From contig CP089278.1 in the NCBI GenBank assembly GCA_023920165.1, positions 1,674,001 to 1,738,000 of the forward strand: a stretch of DNA of 64,000 nucleotides, read 5' to 3'. Positions 25,876-38,802 of this stretch are shown here, one piece after another. Within the stretch, counting starts at the first letter, position 1. Each line of letters starts with the position of its first letter. A model generated the notes under the pieces. That model was not told the origin of the DNA, searched no databases, and was given only the letters and a program-made list of their open reading frames with translations. Origin of the DNA: Curvularia clavata. Taxonomy: Eukaryota. The position numbers were made by a program, and so were the translations under genes.

Positions 25876-28800
25876 TCACCGCACTGGTCGAAGCACCTCC
25901 CAATCCCTCATATTTTGCAGGTCCTCGGGCTCGTCGTCCATCAAGTTGCCGCCACCGCCACCACCTCGTCCGCTTCCATTAGTACTCGTCCGTGGAGGCA
26001 AGGCCGGTTTCTCTTCGTCGCCATCAATCAGGTTCTGTATCGGCTTCCGTGTGAGGTTGGGAGGAGGTGCCATTGACCGTTTCGCCGGTGGTGGCGGGTA
26101 CGCTCTTGATTCCTCCATGGGTGGGTCGTCACGGTACCTTTGAGGTGGTGGGGCTGGTGATATGTGTGATGAGGATGTTTTCGTAAGGAGAGCAGGCTTT
26201 TTGTTGGGAATTGGTGGAGGACCTGGTTTGCGGAGGACCTGTGGTTTGCTGCTGCCCGACGATTGGCTTTGGGGCAAGACGTTTGAGGCGCGGTATGGCA
26301 AACTGGGCAGCGAGTGTGTTGAAGCTCCTGAACCAGAACGCCGCAGATCATTCAACGCATCTCGCGAGCCCTCGGACCCAAGTATCTGTTGTGCATGACC
26401 TGGGTATAGCGGCGCAATCATCTTGCGCGCCGTTGGCTTTTGCGCTGGAAGTGAGTTTGTCGACGACGCCGGACTGCCAAAGTCGACTGTGCGTGCTCTT
26501 TGCGAGCCACGTGGTGGCGGTGGCTCTGGCCTACGACTGCTCTGTAGCTGCTTAATGTCCACCCATTCAGGTTCCGGACTGGGCGTGAATGGGTTGCTGG
26601 GTCGGTTCGGGTTGGGGAAAAGATCATTAGATGGCGGTTGGACGCGCGCTTTAGCTGGGAGACCTTTGGAAAATAAGCATCCACGCTACAGCAGGAAAAA
26701 GGATTAAAGTACCGTTGTCAAGCCACCATTTCCTCCGGTCTGAACTTGCTGGTGGTAGCCCTGGCTCTATGCTGTCATATCCAATGAGATCTTCATCGTC
26801 TGTTTCATCTTCACCTAGATGGCCGGCTGCCCTGGTGTCTCCAACAACTTCTCTTCTCTGTTTGTACAAAGTTTCTTTCAGAGCTTCTTTTCTCTTTTCA
26901 TCAACCCTCTGCACCAGGACCTGGAATGTTGCATAGACAGGTCGATGATCAGAGAAGCGGAGCGGCGCATCGTTGTAGTGTATTTGCCGAATGTTGTCAC
27001 CTTTCCGAAGAACACGATCGCACCATGCAGGTATGCGTGCCTTTTCCGACGTATCGTACTGATCGCTATTAAGATCGTACTTGTACGTGGGCGGGAAGGT
27101 AATGCGTGCTTCCGAGTAGTATGGAAAGGTTAGGCCTGCGACCATTTGCAGATTGAGCTAGCGCGTGTCAGTGACCATGACCGCTGTGAAACTTGTAAAC
27201 ATACCTGGTCATTCTCATACAAAGTCTCGAGGTCTCCGACATGACACAGCTTTTGTACTTTCTCATTGCTCAGCCCGATGCGGTAGTTGAAGTCGCCAAG
27301 CCATATCACTGTGTCATGGTCTTCGATTGATCGGTTTCTTTGGAATCGCAGACCGTGGCTGATGGTTTTATAGTCGCGGTTTCTTTCTTCATAATTGGCG
27401 AAACCAGCTGCAAGATGTGCGGTTACGAGACAAATTGACGTGTTGGCATACTCGAAGCGAATTGCCACGGCACCTTTGTTACCAGCCATACCAGACATGC
27501 CAGTCTGAGATGATGATTAGCAATTTGACAACTGAAGTCGCATATCATTTCCTACCTTCTTCAAAGCACCCTCAACATTCTTGATGTGCTTCAAACAGTC
27601 CGATCGAACAAAAACCGACAAGCTTGCTCCCACCAGCTGTCCACCTCTGAGCATGACATATTCATCCTTGCCATGCTTTTCGGAATTCTTGTTAAGACAT
27701 GCCCTGACTGCTTCTTCCCACGCCTCCCGCCGATCTGGGTCTGTAGACATAATCTGCTGTGGGCTCAACTCGACAATTTCTTGAAAGCCTACCGCCACTA
27801 TCTCCGGACACTGCTGTGAAGAATCAACATCAGGGCATAGCCATGGCGAGAGATCGCTCCTGATACCATCAGTCTTTCCGTTCAGATTAAATGTCCCAAC
27901 CAGTATGTTGATCATCTCGGTTTCTGAGTATTCTGAAGACCGTCTTGCAAGCTCCGTAACAACAAAGTCGTTGATTGGATCGTAGAGATGCACTGGCACT
28001 TGGCCAATGAGTCGACCCAGCAGCATGTCGATAGTGTTTTGCCGTCCCTTGTCTGCAAAGTTGTTGATGTACATTCGCGTGGCGCTTTTCCGAGCGTCCG
28101 CGAGAGCACCAGCAAGCGACATCTTTCCAGATCGCGTAAAAGAGGACTTCAGAGCTCCGGTGCCTGCGTAGATTTTGGAAAGCGCATCGCCATTATCTGC
28201 CCACATGCTAGAGTGCCGGGCCCAGAAATCTTGACTAGCCCTGAGGCCTTTGTGGCTCAAGAACAACTCGAGTGCCATCTTGCTGATGATGGTTTGGACA
28301 AGATTCGTTCGGTCCAGGCAATCTAGACAGTTTGTTCGGAAGATGCCCTCTTGCTGTAATATGCTCATTGCCCTTCGGACAACATAGTCTTGTCCGTTGT
28401 GCCTTGTCTGCTCCTCAACCTCTTCTGAAAGGTAGTATCCAAAGCCCTCTGCAGAATGGTGGATCCACTTTGCGATCATGCTCGCCATCTCGTATCCACC
28501 CGGCCCCCGTGTCTCGGCATGAAAATCGTATTCAGTGAGTTTGATGAGATCGTGCTCACGTTGAGCAGGGTCATCTGCATGGTTCAATGGGCTGTTGCGG
28601 ATATGGCCACGATATCTATGCGACAACTCGAGCTCGTTTTGCTTTTCATTGCTCAGCAGATTGACCACGTGTATCGTACCGTAGCTCAACTCTAAGTTCT
28701 CAAAGTGTTTGTCAAAAGCGGGCTGAGTGGCCTCGGGAGACCGTGTGATGGTGATCTTCTGTTGATTGGGCAATAGGCCAGCCTGTTGTTCCCAAAAGAT

Positions 28801-29775
28801 AGGTACGCTTCCTCGCACTTGTACGTACGAGAAGCAGGCTCCTGATGGAGCCCAATGAATGGTTTCCGTCTCCACAAAGTTTGCGACATTTCCATCGTCA
28901 TCGATACCTCTCGAGTTAAACCTGGTGCCGGCCCTTTTACATGATAATCTGGAAATCAGGGTCATGGAAGATGGCATGCCTGAATCCTGGATTCTGATGG
29001 GCGCCGAAGCCTTGGGAATCGTAATCGTCAGCGCAAATCCGCGGATCGCAGAGGTCAGGATACCGGATGCATCCAGCGCCTCCTTATCCCTTGGTGCAAG
29101 CCTGCTCCTAAAGTCTACCAGCGGCTGTATCATGTATGAGTTCCACAAGAATCCGGCATCTAGGCTGTCGATAGATACGGTGGTAGCGTCGGTAGTACGA
29201 TCTTGTAACCGTCTGGTAAGGTCAAAGTCTGAGCTATAGTAGAAGGTTCCACTACTGAGAATCTTCTTGAGCGCCAGACACGGATGTTCCATCGGACTCT
29301 GTTCTTTCCTGCCTCCGAAGCCCATTTCGTATCCTTCGTCGTCTATCGTATCCGTAGGGTAGGGATTGACTTCGTCGTTCAGCAGGCTGTCGTAGCTAGT
29401 GCTGGTCAAGCAATAGAAACCAACAGATTGTATTCGTTGCACCGTCTCCCCAGGCCGTACAGTCGCAACTTTGCTTGCGCTATTGACCACGACCAGGAAA
29501 ACATCGTTGCTCACGGTGATCAGCCCTAGCGTACCGTGTACATTGACTGAGTTTATGGCTCGATAGTCCTCCAGGTCGATATCCTCCAACCGCGTAAACT
29601 CGACCATGCAGCGTGCGACACCCGCACCATTGCTTCCCAGTGATGTTGAAGAGGCATTCGCATTCCCATTTTGCTCGGTGGTTACAGCGCTGTGTCGGAG
29701 GACGAGGGCGTGGGTGGGGGTAGCAAGTGCGATTGCGCGATGCGGGTAGTCTTTGATCAGGACGCGGATAGACAT
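25876..29775 (-). CDS. Synaptojanin-like polyphosphoinositide phosphatase (Sac1 domain plus inositol 5-phosphatase domain; Inp52/Inp53)
   Basis: Sac1 motifs RAGTRFNSRGIDDDGNVANFVETE and RTNCLDCLDRTN. 5-phosphatase motifs WLGDFNYR, PAWCDRVL and SDHRPV. Pro-rich tail. Three introns. Confidence 0.93.
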
Positions 29776-30169
29776 TGTTGGTGGTAGGAGAGGAGTGTGA
29801 CAAGCGGCTCGACGGGTGCTCCAATCATGTCCCGGTGCCTCTGTACATGCACTCGAAGGACTGCTTGTGTGGGAAGTCTGACGGTCGTAGCCAGCAAGCA
29901 CGTGTACGTGGCTGGCTGTTCTCAGCTCTGCGAATTACGTTGGTATCAATGCTACTCGCAACCCTGGATGCGAAACCGCTCCGCTGGTGCCCAAAGCTGC
30001 CCTGACTATCGCTTACACCGGCATTCGGAGACGGATTTTCTTTGGCTAGAGGACTGTCTGCGCCCAATGCTTTGGCTTTCTGGACGGGTGGCGTCTGGGC
30101 ATTCGCTGGTCCGCCGTCATCCAGGAACCGCCTCAGTAATGACCTCACTCACCGACTGCTCCTGTCGGA

Positions 30170-30171
<2 letters not shown>

Positions 30172-30214
<43 letters not shown>
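30172..30214. repeat. (AC)n microsatellite, about 21 units
   Basis: Perfect dinucleotide run read directly from the sequence. Confidence 0.97.
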
Positions 30215-30217
<3 letters not shown>

Positions 30218-30379
30218 CAACAGATGGCACAAAGGCTGTGGAAATTCATAAATCATTTAAACAACTATTGCAAGGTCATGAATATACAAGTCATTAAACC
30301 GATCGTGTGGTGCACGAGCAGGTTGCCCTTCTCCTACCAGAATTACTGTAAACGGGCCCCCTGACATGAAAGCGGTAAA

Positions 30380-31033
30380 TCACCGGTAATCCCTCCTCCG
30401 CCTCGCATCGTTTTCTCCAATTGAGACCCTCATATTGGTTTCTCTGTAGCTTCCGGCGCGACTGTGGCTGCGCTGCCTGCTCCTGTCCCGTGTCTGGAAT
30501 CTCTCATAGTGGTCGCTCTCGCTCGATGCAGGCTCTACGTATCGGTAGTGCTCATAGCGAGGGCTATCGGGGCTGTAAGCTCGTTGGCGTTCGCGCCGGA
30601 CCTCGCGTTCTCTGTACACATATTCACTACGTCCGGGGCTAGATGAGCGAGAGCTGAAGCTAGATCGCGGAGAGACTTCGACGTAGTGCGCGCCGCCGTG
30701 GTGCGAAGTATGGTGAGAATGGTGAGATGAGATATGGCTTGGCGGAGGGGGAGGAGCTGGCATGGGTGCTGGCGGCGGAGGCGGCGGCGGAGAAGGTTGG
30801 ACAAACACTGGCACTGGCTGTGGTGCGGGAATCTGAAGAGGTTTGGGTGACGGCACAGCAATATAGGATGCTGAAGGCCGTGGAGATTCGTGCACAACTT
30901 CAGTGCGCGAGTACCGGCGCTCAATCTCGCGCGAGCGTCGCGATGCACGGCGACGGGGCGGAGAGCGGGCGCGCTGAACCACGCGATAAGGGACTATGTG
31001 GTCCTCTTCCTGCTTGACTTTGACCAGACACAT
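30380..31033 (-). CDS. Hypothetical Pro/Arg/Ser-rich protein
   Basis: 217-aa ORF starting MCLVKVK in a good gccATG context. Low-complexity, with YVEVSPR and YRYVEP-type motifs. Confidence 0.65.
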   Translation of the reverse strand: MCLVKVKQEEDHIVPYRVVQRARSPPRRRASRRSREIERRYSRTEVVHESPRPSASYIAVPSPKPLQIPAPQPVPVFVQPSPPPPPPPAPMPAPPPPPSHISSHHSHHTSHHGGAHYVEVSPRSSFSSRSSSPGRSEYVYREREVRRERQRAYSPDSPRYEHYRYVEPASSESDHYERFQTRDRSRQRSHSRAGSYRETNMRVSIGENDARRRRDYR

Positions 31034-31822
31034 GGCGCCTCTCTGTACTCGCTATACAACCCGGTACCAACAACAGGACTCGAAAAAAAGTGGGAAGCTT
31101 CGATTGCGACTGCGACTGCGACTGCGATCGCAATGTGATTCGTGGGGGCCGATGGGTGGCGTGGGGCTCTCTCTTAGCTCTGGGTAAAGACGAGACGCAG
31201 CGCAACACAGGCAAAGCACACGCAAAAGAGGCGGATAGGAAAGCAGCAAAGAGGGTGACAGTGCGCGAGGAAGCCAACACGAGGATTGTATATATGCGCC
31301 GCCGCCAGAGGTTGGGCAGCCGATGCCCAGCCACAGCTGACCCCCATGTCGCGTTCATGCTGCTCCGCCTTGGAATGGGGCCATGTGAGTACGATGACGA
31401 GGTCTAGGCTCGTCTGACAACGGCCTGCTAGCGCAAGGTCAATGTACAAGCCACCATGCTCAACAGCCAAGGCAGAGAGTAATAGGTTACAATCATATTC
31501 CAGAGGCCGTAGAGACTCATAACGAGCATGCCGCATCCCATCCGTAAAACACTACATGTCCCACCGACTAGCTATTTCAAATTATACATACACCATCTAG
31601 ATACCTCGGCAAGCCCTCTTGTCCTTTCTTCGCACACGTGCGAATTCTTGGGAAGATTGCTTTTAGTAAATCCCTCACACTGCCTGCCTTCTCGTCGGTC
31701 ACGTACCCATCCGGTGCCTTGCTGAGCCTGCAAGTGTGCCGCTGGGCGGGACGGGCGGCATGAGTGGGATGTGTTCTCGTCCCGAATTTAGGTGCACACT
31801 GAAGCCAGGAACACAGCTACCA

Positions 31823-34541
31823 CTAATCGTCCATGGGCCTGTCCTCCAGTGTGACACCCCGAGGCGCTGTGTCATCACTCTTGATGCTACCGGTAGAATC
31901 TCGGTTGCCTCTTGTCAAGCTGCCAGCAGTCTTTCGAGGGAAAGGCACCCGGGTACTTGAGGGCGCGGGGTGCTCGACAGGAGCGGCAGCAGCCTCGGCG
32001 GTGCCGTTCGTGGCAGCAGGAGGTACTTCGTTGGTGGAACTATCGTCACTTCCGGGTACTTCGAGCGATCCACGGTTGCCATTGGCCTTCCGCGACTCGG
32101 TGGGTGATGAGGTGTTGACCGGGAATCGCGTTTGACTCTTGTCGCGGCGGTGAGAACCTGACATCCGCGAGCCGGGAGCCGGTGAGGTTGCCCGTGGCGA
32201 CCGCTGTGCAGCAATGGCACGCTGCCGCTCCTCCATATGTGCACGTCGGTTGCTCTCGTCTGTTGAAATTGCACGTGGGCGCTGAGCACCAGAGGCTGAG
32301 TGCGTTAGCGTACTGGCACGCTTTAACTCTCCGAAAATCGCATCCTTATGCGCAAACAAATCGCGCACGAGGCGGTAACTGTATCGTTCATTCATAGTCA
32401 AACTCGACTCTTGCTTTGGCCTGAGGATGCATGGCGCCAGGATGTTGGCGAGTGCCGCGACATAGGTCTCATCGGCCGAAGTCAGCTCAATGAGACGGGT
32501 AAAGTGTGTGCAAATGGCGTCGAGTGTCGCAATGTTAGCAAGACGCAGTTGGCCAAGAGTTGACTGAATGACAGAGATTCTTGTCTCTTCAGTGACGTCA
32601 GTAGCGGTGGTGCTGTAAATGGTCTTGACAATCTCGTAGACATGGGAAGAAACCAATGAATCTAATGTAATCAGCAAAAGAACCCTCAACTGTCACAGGG
32701 AGCACATACCAGGAAGTTCCAGCAGATAAAGCTTGAGGACGCTGGCAACGATGGGCACGTCGTATTTCTCAAGTAACTCGTCAGGGAACCTTTTGCCGGT
32801 GTTGATTTCCGCTCTGAGGGTATGAGTTTGCGACAGCGGTACGTCCACAAGCCAGATGCCCCGGCGGGCCTCGTCACCCTCAAGATCGGGGTAGTGGTTG
32901 TCCAAGAAGGTGAGTATGGTAGTTATGATTACTGGAACCCGCTTTTTGTCTGAGCGCGCCCGAGCCTCCAGGTCTACGCCAAAGGTTTGCTCTACACAAT
33001 TGTTAGCATGATGTCACAAACAAGGCTCCAAAGATGTCGCACCATCCACAGAGTTGTAGTAATTCTCGTAGGTGATAACTTTTGGCACAAACGGTCCTGT
33101 CCTGTAGTTCTCAAGCATGTATCGAAGGTCGCCCAGCGGCTGGACTGTCTCTTGGAAAAGCATCATCTTGTCGACGGTGCTCTGCAAGCTAGGAATAACG
33201 TTGCTGACAGCGCCAGAAAAATCCAAGATGACCGCCTTGATGGCTTTTAGCCTATCCAACTCGCAGCGCTCCATAAACTTGAGATGATCCACCATAGCCT
33301 CTTCCAAGTTGCATCTCAATGAGTCGAGTTTCTTTACGGAGGCCTTGTATCGCTCGTCTGCTTCACGAGCCTCTCGTCGTAGTCTCTCTGCCGGAGTTTC
33401 GTTGGGGTATTGGTTGTTGAGTGGATTCCATCCCTGCAGGTACTCTTGCACGGTGCCCACAGGAGAATCAACGGCGATGCTGTCGACCGAGGAGTTGGAC
33501 ATGGTAGTGGAGGAGCGCGCCATGGGCTGCTTCTTCTCGGGCAACCCAGTGATTTGGAAAGCCTTGGTCTTCCACTGGTAGTTCATTCTAGAGCTGTTGG
33601 CAAATGTGTTTCCAACGTTACCCACCAGTCGCAGGAAGCCGTGGGTAACCATGTCCTGGCCGATGCGCTCCGCATAGCTGACACTCGTGGCACCCATGTG
33701 CTTCTGAATGTATTCGGTGATGTCGGCTCCGGTTGAGCAGTTCTGGTAGGTACCTAGAATGGGGACTTTGACCTCGCCGAGTTTGATGTTGTCGAGCATG
33801 TGTGTGAGGATCTTCTTGACTTGGTCTGGCTGATATGTCTCGTCACCAAGGTCGATGGGCTCCTCCTCGTCGTCTTCGGGCTCAGACATCTTGATAGTAG
33901 GCACCTTGACCTTTGGGCTCTGCGCAGCCTCGCTCTGGGGATCCTGAAAGGCAAGCTTGTCTTCTTCCTCGAGATCCTCGACCAGGCGGCATTTGTTGTA
34001 GTACTGTGAGCGGAACTTGCGGACAGCATCGGCTTGTCGGTCGTGGATCTTGATGCGTGATTGCAGGTCGTCCTGTGAGTTCTGCACACGGGCAGCATGC
34101 GCTTCGCACCAGCGTCCGAAGGGGTTCACGACCAACTCGCGGATGTTGGAGGCAATCTTCTTGTGGTTGGCGGCGGCAGCCTCCATCTCAGTGCGCACGC
34201 CCTCGTAGGCCTGGTGGGGTTAGCGGACGGGTGAGGCCAGGCAGTGTGTTCCACGCACCTTTCGCACGCTCGCGCCCTCATCTCTGCTGAAGCCTCCGGC
34301 TATGCGCTCCGTGGCTGGGGTGATGGCGGCCAGAGAGTTTCCATAGGCATCTTCGGCATCGGCTCGCATGCGGGCAACGGTCAAAATCTGCTGGTTCTCC
34401 TGCACTCCCTGCTGGAGCTTCCCAAAGAGAACGCCCAGGCCTGGAAAGTCAGTATTGGTGGGGTGGTGTTTGGGTGCGACTTCAGCTCATACCTCCCGCA
34501 TAGTCGCTCGACCAGAATGACGCAGCGAAGCCGGTAGACAT
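31823..34541 (-). CDS. RGD2: Rho GTPase-activating protein with F-BAR/FCH, DEP and RhoGAP domains (Rgd2/Rga8-like)
   Basis: MSTGFAASFWSSDYAG start, F-BAR coiled coil, DEP-like AERIGQDMVTHGFLRLVG and RhoGAP VASVLKLYLLELP. Four introns. Confidence 0.85.
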
Positions 34542-35388
34542 GACGGCAACGTCAAAGCAGCGACACCAGGCTGGTCGCTAATCCTAGGGAGGGGGGGTAT
34601 GAATCGAAGAAGGGTAATCAGGTCGGGTGGTGGGTGGTCGGTCGGTCAACGGCCGGTAGTGAGCGTGGAGAAGATGGGCCTGGGGCACGAACACGCAAGC
34701 GTAGGTAGGGCCGGCGATGGAATGGTAGAAGGTTGCGCGGCCTGGCACGTTTCGGCGGCGTTTCTGCTGGCCAGGGCCCGGGCAAAGAAAGAGTGACAAA
34801 CAGAAGGGGGGCAAGGGGCGCGTGGTAGCCGTGGACACGAGGCGGGCACTATGTGGTGGGAGTACCACTCAGTTCAGTCAGGAGGGGTTTTTACAGCGTG
34901 CAGCTGGGACAGAGCTGATGTCGCTGCCACCCCGGCCCGTACGTCGTGACAGGGCTGGCGGCCTGAGCCAGCCAGCCAGCTCTGCCTCCACCCCAGCCAG
35001 GGGAGGGGATTGGCCTTTTGCCCGACATTTCGCCTCCAAGAGTGGGCTGTACAAAAATACAGACGTCGCCAATTCACCGACAACTACCGCCGCCCCTGCA
35101 TGGACTAGAGCCTGGTCAGCGCGCTGATTACCGTCCATGCATCATCGCCCTACCACGACTACTGCACATACATACGAGCAATCCCCCCGCCCGCAGCAAC
35201 AGAGCCAGCCAGTCCCCGTTCACGGCCTACGAGCAGTAACGCGCATGCCCTGGCCCTGGCCCTGGCGTTAGCCCTCATCCTGATCCTGATCCGTGTGCAA
35301 AGGCGTGCGTAATACAGCAAACGGGCTGTGTCTCTCTTAGCCTCCTCCCGCCCCGCAGCCATCAGCCTCACAGACGGGCGCAGACCAC

Positions 35389-36669
35389 ATGGCTCCCGCT
35401 GGCCTGGACAGCTCCCAGCTCAACTATGCCCGCCATATCAAGTACTGGCGCCGCAACTTAAAAACCTTGCTGCCCCATTTCTACACCAGCAATGATTCCA
35501 ACCGCATGCTGCTGGCCCTCTTCACTGTTTCTGCTCTCGATATCCTGGGTGATCTGGACGCTGCTCTGTCCCCCCAAGAGCGCCAGGGGCACATCGATTG
35601 GGTGTATAGTTGCCAGCTGCCAGAGGGCGGCTTCCGCCCATGGCCAGGGTCCGACTATGGCCAGCTCAGGAATGACAAAAACAAAGTCTGGGACCCTGCC
35701 CATGTTCCCGGAACTTTCTTTGCCCTCCTGACTTTGGTTGTTCTGGGTGATGATCTGGAAAAGGTGAAAAGAAAGGAAATCCTGGCCTGGTTGGTCAAAA
35801 TGCAGAGACCAGAGGGCAGCTTTGGAGAGACGCTGGGTGAGCATGGCCACGTCCATGGCGGCAACGACTCCAGGTTTGGCTACATGGCTACGGCCATCAG
35901 ATGGATACTACGCGGTGACCTCCAAGGCCCCTGTGAAGGCATCCCGGACATCGATGTCGACGCTTTTGTCAGATGCGTTCGTGACTCTGAATGCTATGAT
36001 GGAGGCATCTCTGAAGCACCTTATCATGAAGCACATGCGGGATTTACGTGCTGCGCCATAGCCGCACTCTCGTTTTTGAACCGCTTACCTTTGCCGCCTT
36101 CGCAAGAGTCTGACCATGTGGTTCGTGGAGTTTCCAATATCGAAAACACCCTGCATTGGCTCGTGTCGCGACAGACTTTAACATTAGATGACGACGATGG
36201 CTTGGATACTATGAAAGACGAGACTGATACATCGGAAACATGTCACGATGCACATACTTTTGTAAAGCTGGGCTCCTACCCGTCTGCACAAGCAAAAGAG
36301 AATGCCCAAGGAAAACCCCATCCTCACTACGAGCTGCAGTGGGTCGGGGTCAACGGAAGATGCAACAAGACGGCCGATACATGCTACGCATACTGGACAT
36401 GTGTACCCTTGCAGCTTCTCGGTCATCTCGACATCGTTGACCCGCAACCCATTCGGAAATGGTTACTAGACAAGACACAACATGCCGTTGGGGGCTTTGG
36501 CAAAGTCACGGGAGACCCACCGGACATGTACCATTCCTTCCTGGGGTTAACCGTTATCGCCATGTTTGGCGAGCCTGGTCTGCAGAGTGTGGATCCGGCT
36601 CTGTGCATTACGCACAAAGCGAAGAAGCATTTGGAATCGCTCCCATGGAGGAGACATAGTAGCACCTAG
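35389..36669 (+). CDS. CDC43: Geranylgeranyltransferase type I beta subunit
   Basis: Prenyltransferase repeats QLPEGGF, QRPEGSF, YDGG...EAHAGFT, GRCNKTADTCYAYW and PPDMYHS. Confidence 0.88.
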   Translation: MAPAGLDSSQLNYARHIKYWRRNLKTLLPHFYTSNDSNRMLLALFTVSALDILGDLDAALSPQERQGHIDWVYSCQLPEGGFRPWPGSDYGQLRNDKNKVWDPAHVPGTFFALLTLVVLGDDLEKVKRKEILAWLVKMQRPEGSFGETLGEHGHVHGGNDSRFGYMATAIRWILRGDLQGPCEGIPDIDVDAFVRCVRDSECYDGGISEAPYHEAHAGFTCCAIAALSFLNRLPLPPSQESDHVVRGVSNIENTLHWLVSRQTLTLDDDDGLDTMKDETDTSETCHDAHTFVKLGSYPSAQAKENAQGKPHPHYELQWVGVNGRCNKTADTCYAYWTCVPLQLLGHLDIVDPQPIRKWLLDKTQHAVGGFGKVTGDPPDMYHSFLGLTVIAMFGEPGLQSVDPALCITHKAKKHLESLPWRRHSST

Positions 36670-37203
36670 AGTGAGGGGACAACATGGCTGGCCAAGGGTA
36701 TAGATAAACAGTCAAACTGTCTTCCGCTTTGGCTATTTGCCGTAGCTTCTAGATGTCTCCATCTTTCCTAGTGATAATACCCAAGATCGAAGTGCGCCTA
36801 GAGGTACTACTAACAAAGCACCATGCAGTATTGAGACCATACTTTACTAGATTCTAGAACAAGCTTTCCACGACAAGACAATATCGCTTGTAGCTTGTCT
36901 TGCGATAAACATCCCCTGAGCATGCTGATCAACGCGAACATATATCCAGACAGTAGGCACGTGACATTCGATACTCGACAAGCACGATTATCTAACCACC
37001 CACATGCTGATTTCAGCTATTGACAGTGACCAAAAAAAAACTACTCGGTTCAGTCTGATACTTTGACATGTGCGAAATCCTCCAGGTAAACCCAGACCGA
37101 CCTGTGCGACCACCGAATGAATCTCCGCAAAGCACGCAAAATCTCTTTACCTCAATGCAGGCCGAAAACTGCACCATTGTTCCAGACGTCTCCGTCAGCC
37201 TTT

Positions 37204-37599
37204 CTAATGACACGTAACCTTCTTATTGACGCTGTCAAACTCGCACGCCCTGCCGTCACGGGTACACTAAGATAAAAAAAATTCCAATCAGTCCAGTTTC
37301 GTTACGTAGGTGTGTTTTAGATGTACCTTCTTGTTCGCAAACTTGGGACACTTTGCAAATGCCGTCTTCCCATTTTGCGCCTTGTATCTGCACTGGTTGT
37401 TGGCTTTGGTGCACGTCTGAACAGGGGGAGTTAGTGACGAGAAAAGGTAAGGAATAGAAGGGGGACTGTGTACCCCGGTGTAAGTGATGAAGACGTTGTT
37501 TTCGCCTCGAACGTCGATGCTGTCGCCTTGGGAGTTGATGGGGTTGGCTACGGCGCCCAGCGCAGCGAAGGAGAGGAGGAAGACGGAGGCGAGCTGCAT
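37204..37599 (-). CDS. Secreted cysteine-rich antifungal protein (PAF/AFP family), 92-aa prepro-protein, 3 exons
   Basis: Exons 37474-37599, 37327-37416 and 37204-37266 with GT-AG introns give a signal/pro region plus mature ITYTGTCTKANNQCRYKAQNGKTAFAKCPKFANKKCTRDGRACEFDSVNKKVTCH. Cys at positions 7, 14, 28, 36, 43 and 54, as in Penicillium PAF. Confidence 0.93.
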
Positions 37600-38802
37600 G
37601 ATGGATATTTAGAGGTAGTAATGGCAAGAAGAGAAGAACTGTATTGGGAATGTGCTTTTGCAGATGTGATGAGTCGGTAAGAAAACAGCATGTACTCTTA
37701 TTATTTAAAACATACTTCCAGTTCTACATCACCCGCCTGATACTGTCGCCTTGACGGATTGTCCCTCTGCTACGAAGAATCGAGCTCCGGTCTTCGGACT
37801 TTGCTTCGCTCCCCGATATACGTATTTTTTCCACGAGTAGTGAAGAGGAAGACATCATGAGTGACCGTCGTCTAATCCTTCGCTGCCGTGCTGTCAACAC
37901 CATCGGACTATGTCGAACCACATTGCTCAGGAGGATCGTTGTTGAGCTTGCTGCTTGCGGAGATTAACACAGAATCAAATACTATTAGGCGGTTGTGCCT
38001 CGTTTTTGTGGTTACACTACTTTTTACTGGACCCATTTGTATCTAGCATCATCATCATCAGGCCACCCAGTGACATGATTTGGGTCATTTTCGGCCTCCG
38101 AATACATCCCATCATGCCATACACAGTTTGCAGATGCATCCTTCCTCTTTTACCACTTGTGTGACTGAAAATGGTTTCAAGTAAACTCTTTCAAGATACA
38201 TGTATGCTGTGTTGTAAAGAGGTTTACCTCTGTCTTAGATACGATGGACACGCTCCTTCGAACAACGTGCACCTCATTCGGGCGCTAATGATTACAGCAA
38301 CTATGCGAGTAATAAAAGAAGCTACATACTCCAACTAATAGTCTACTTGTTGCTCCACCATGAGATATCAAAGAGAGCATATGAATTGTGAGGCGTTCAC
38401 GTGTCATACAAGGGCGAGTGAATAATGTTTGTGCGCTTCTAAAAGCTTTACAGGCATACGTATATCTGCATCTGCATCGGTTGGTTGGCGTGGAAAACAC
38501 ACCAGCCCCAATAATTGATGGAGAGACCAAGAAAATGATGATAAGACAAACACTTTGCACGACAGCTGATCATATTAGTGTTAACAATGTCGTTCCTAAT
38601 AAAATCAATGGTAGATATCAAAGGAAAACAACCTTCGCTGTTATTTCCAACGTAAATATACGTCACATGGTAAAGTAGATTTAATGAATAGCAAGTGCAT
38701 CAAGAGCTCCTACGTATTCTGTGTTCCTCACATCGGAGGAACATGCGCTGTTCCGCCAGCAGAAAGCTTGTTACCAAGACCTACTCCACCAGTTCCAATC
38801 CA

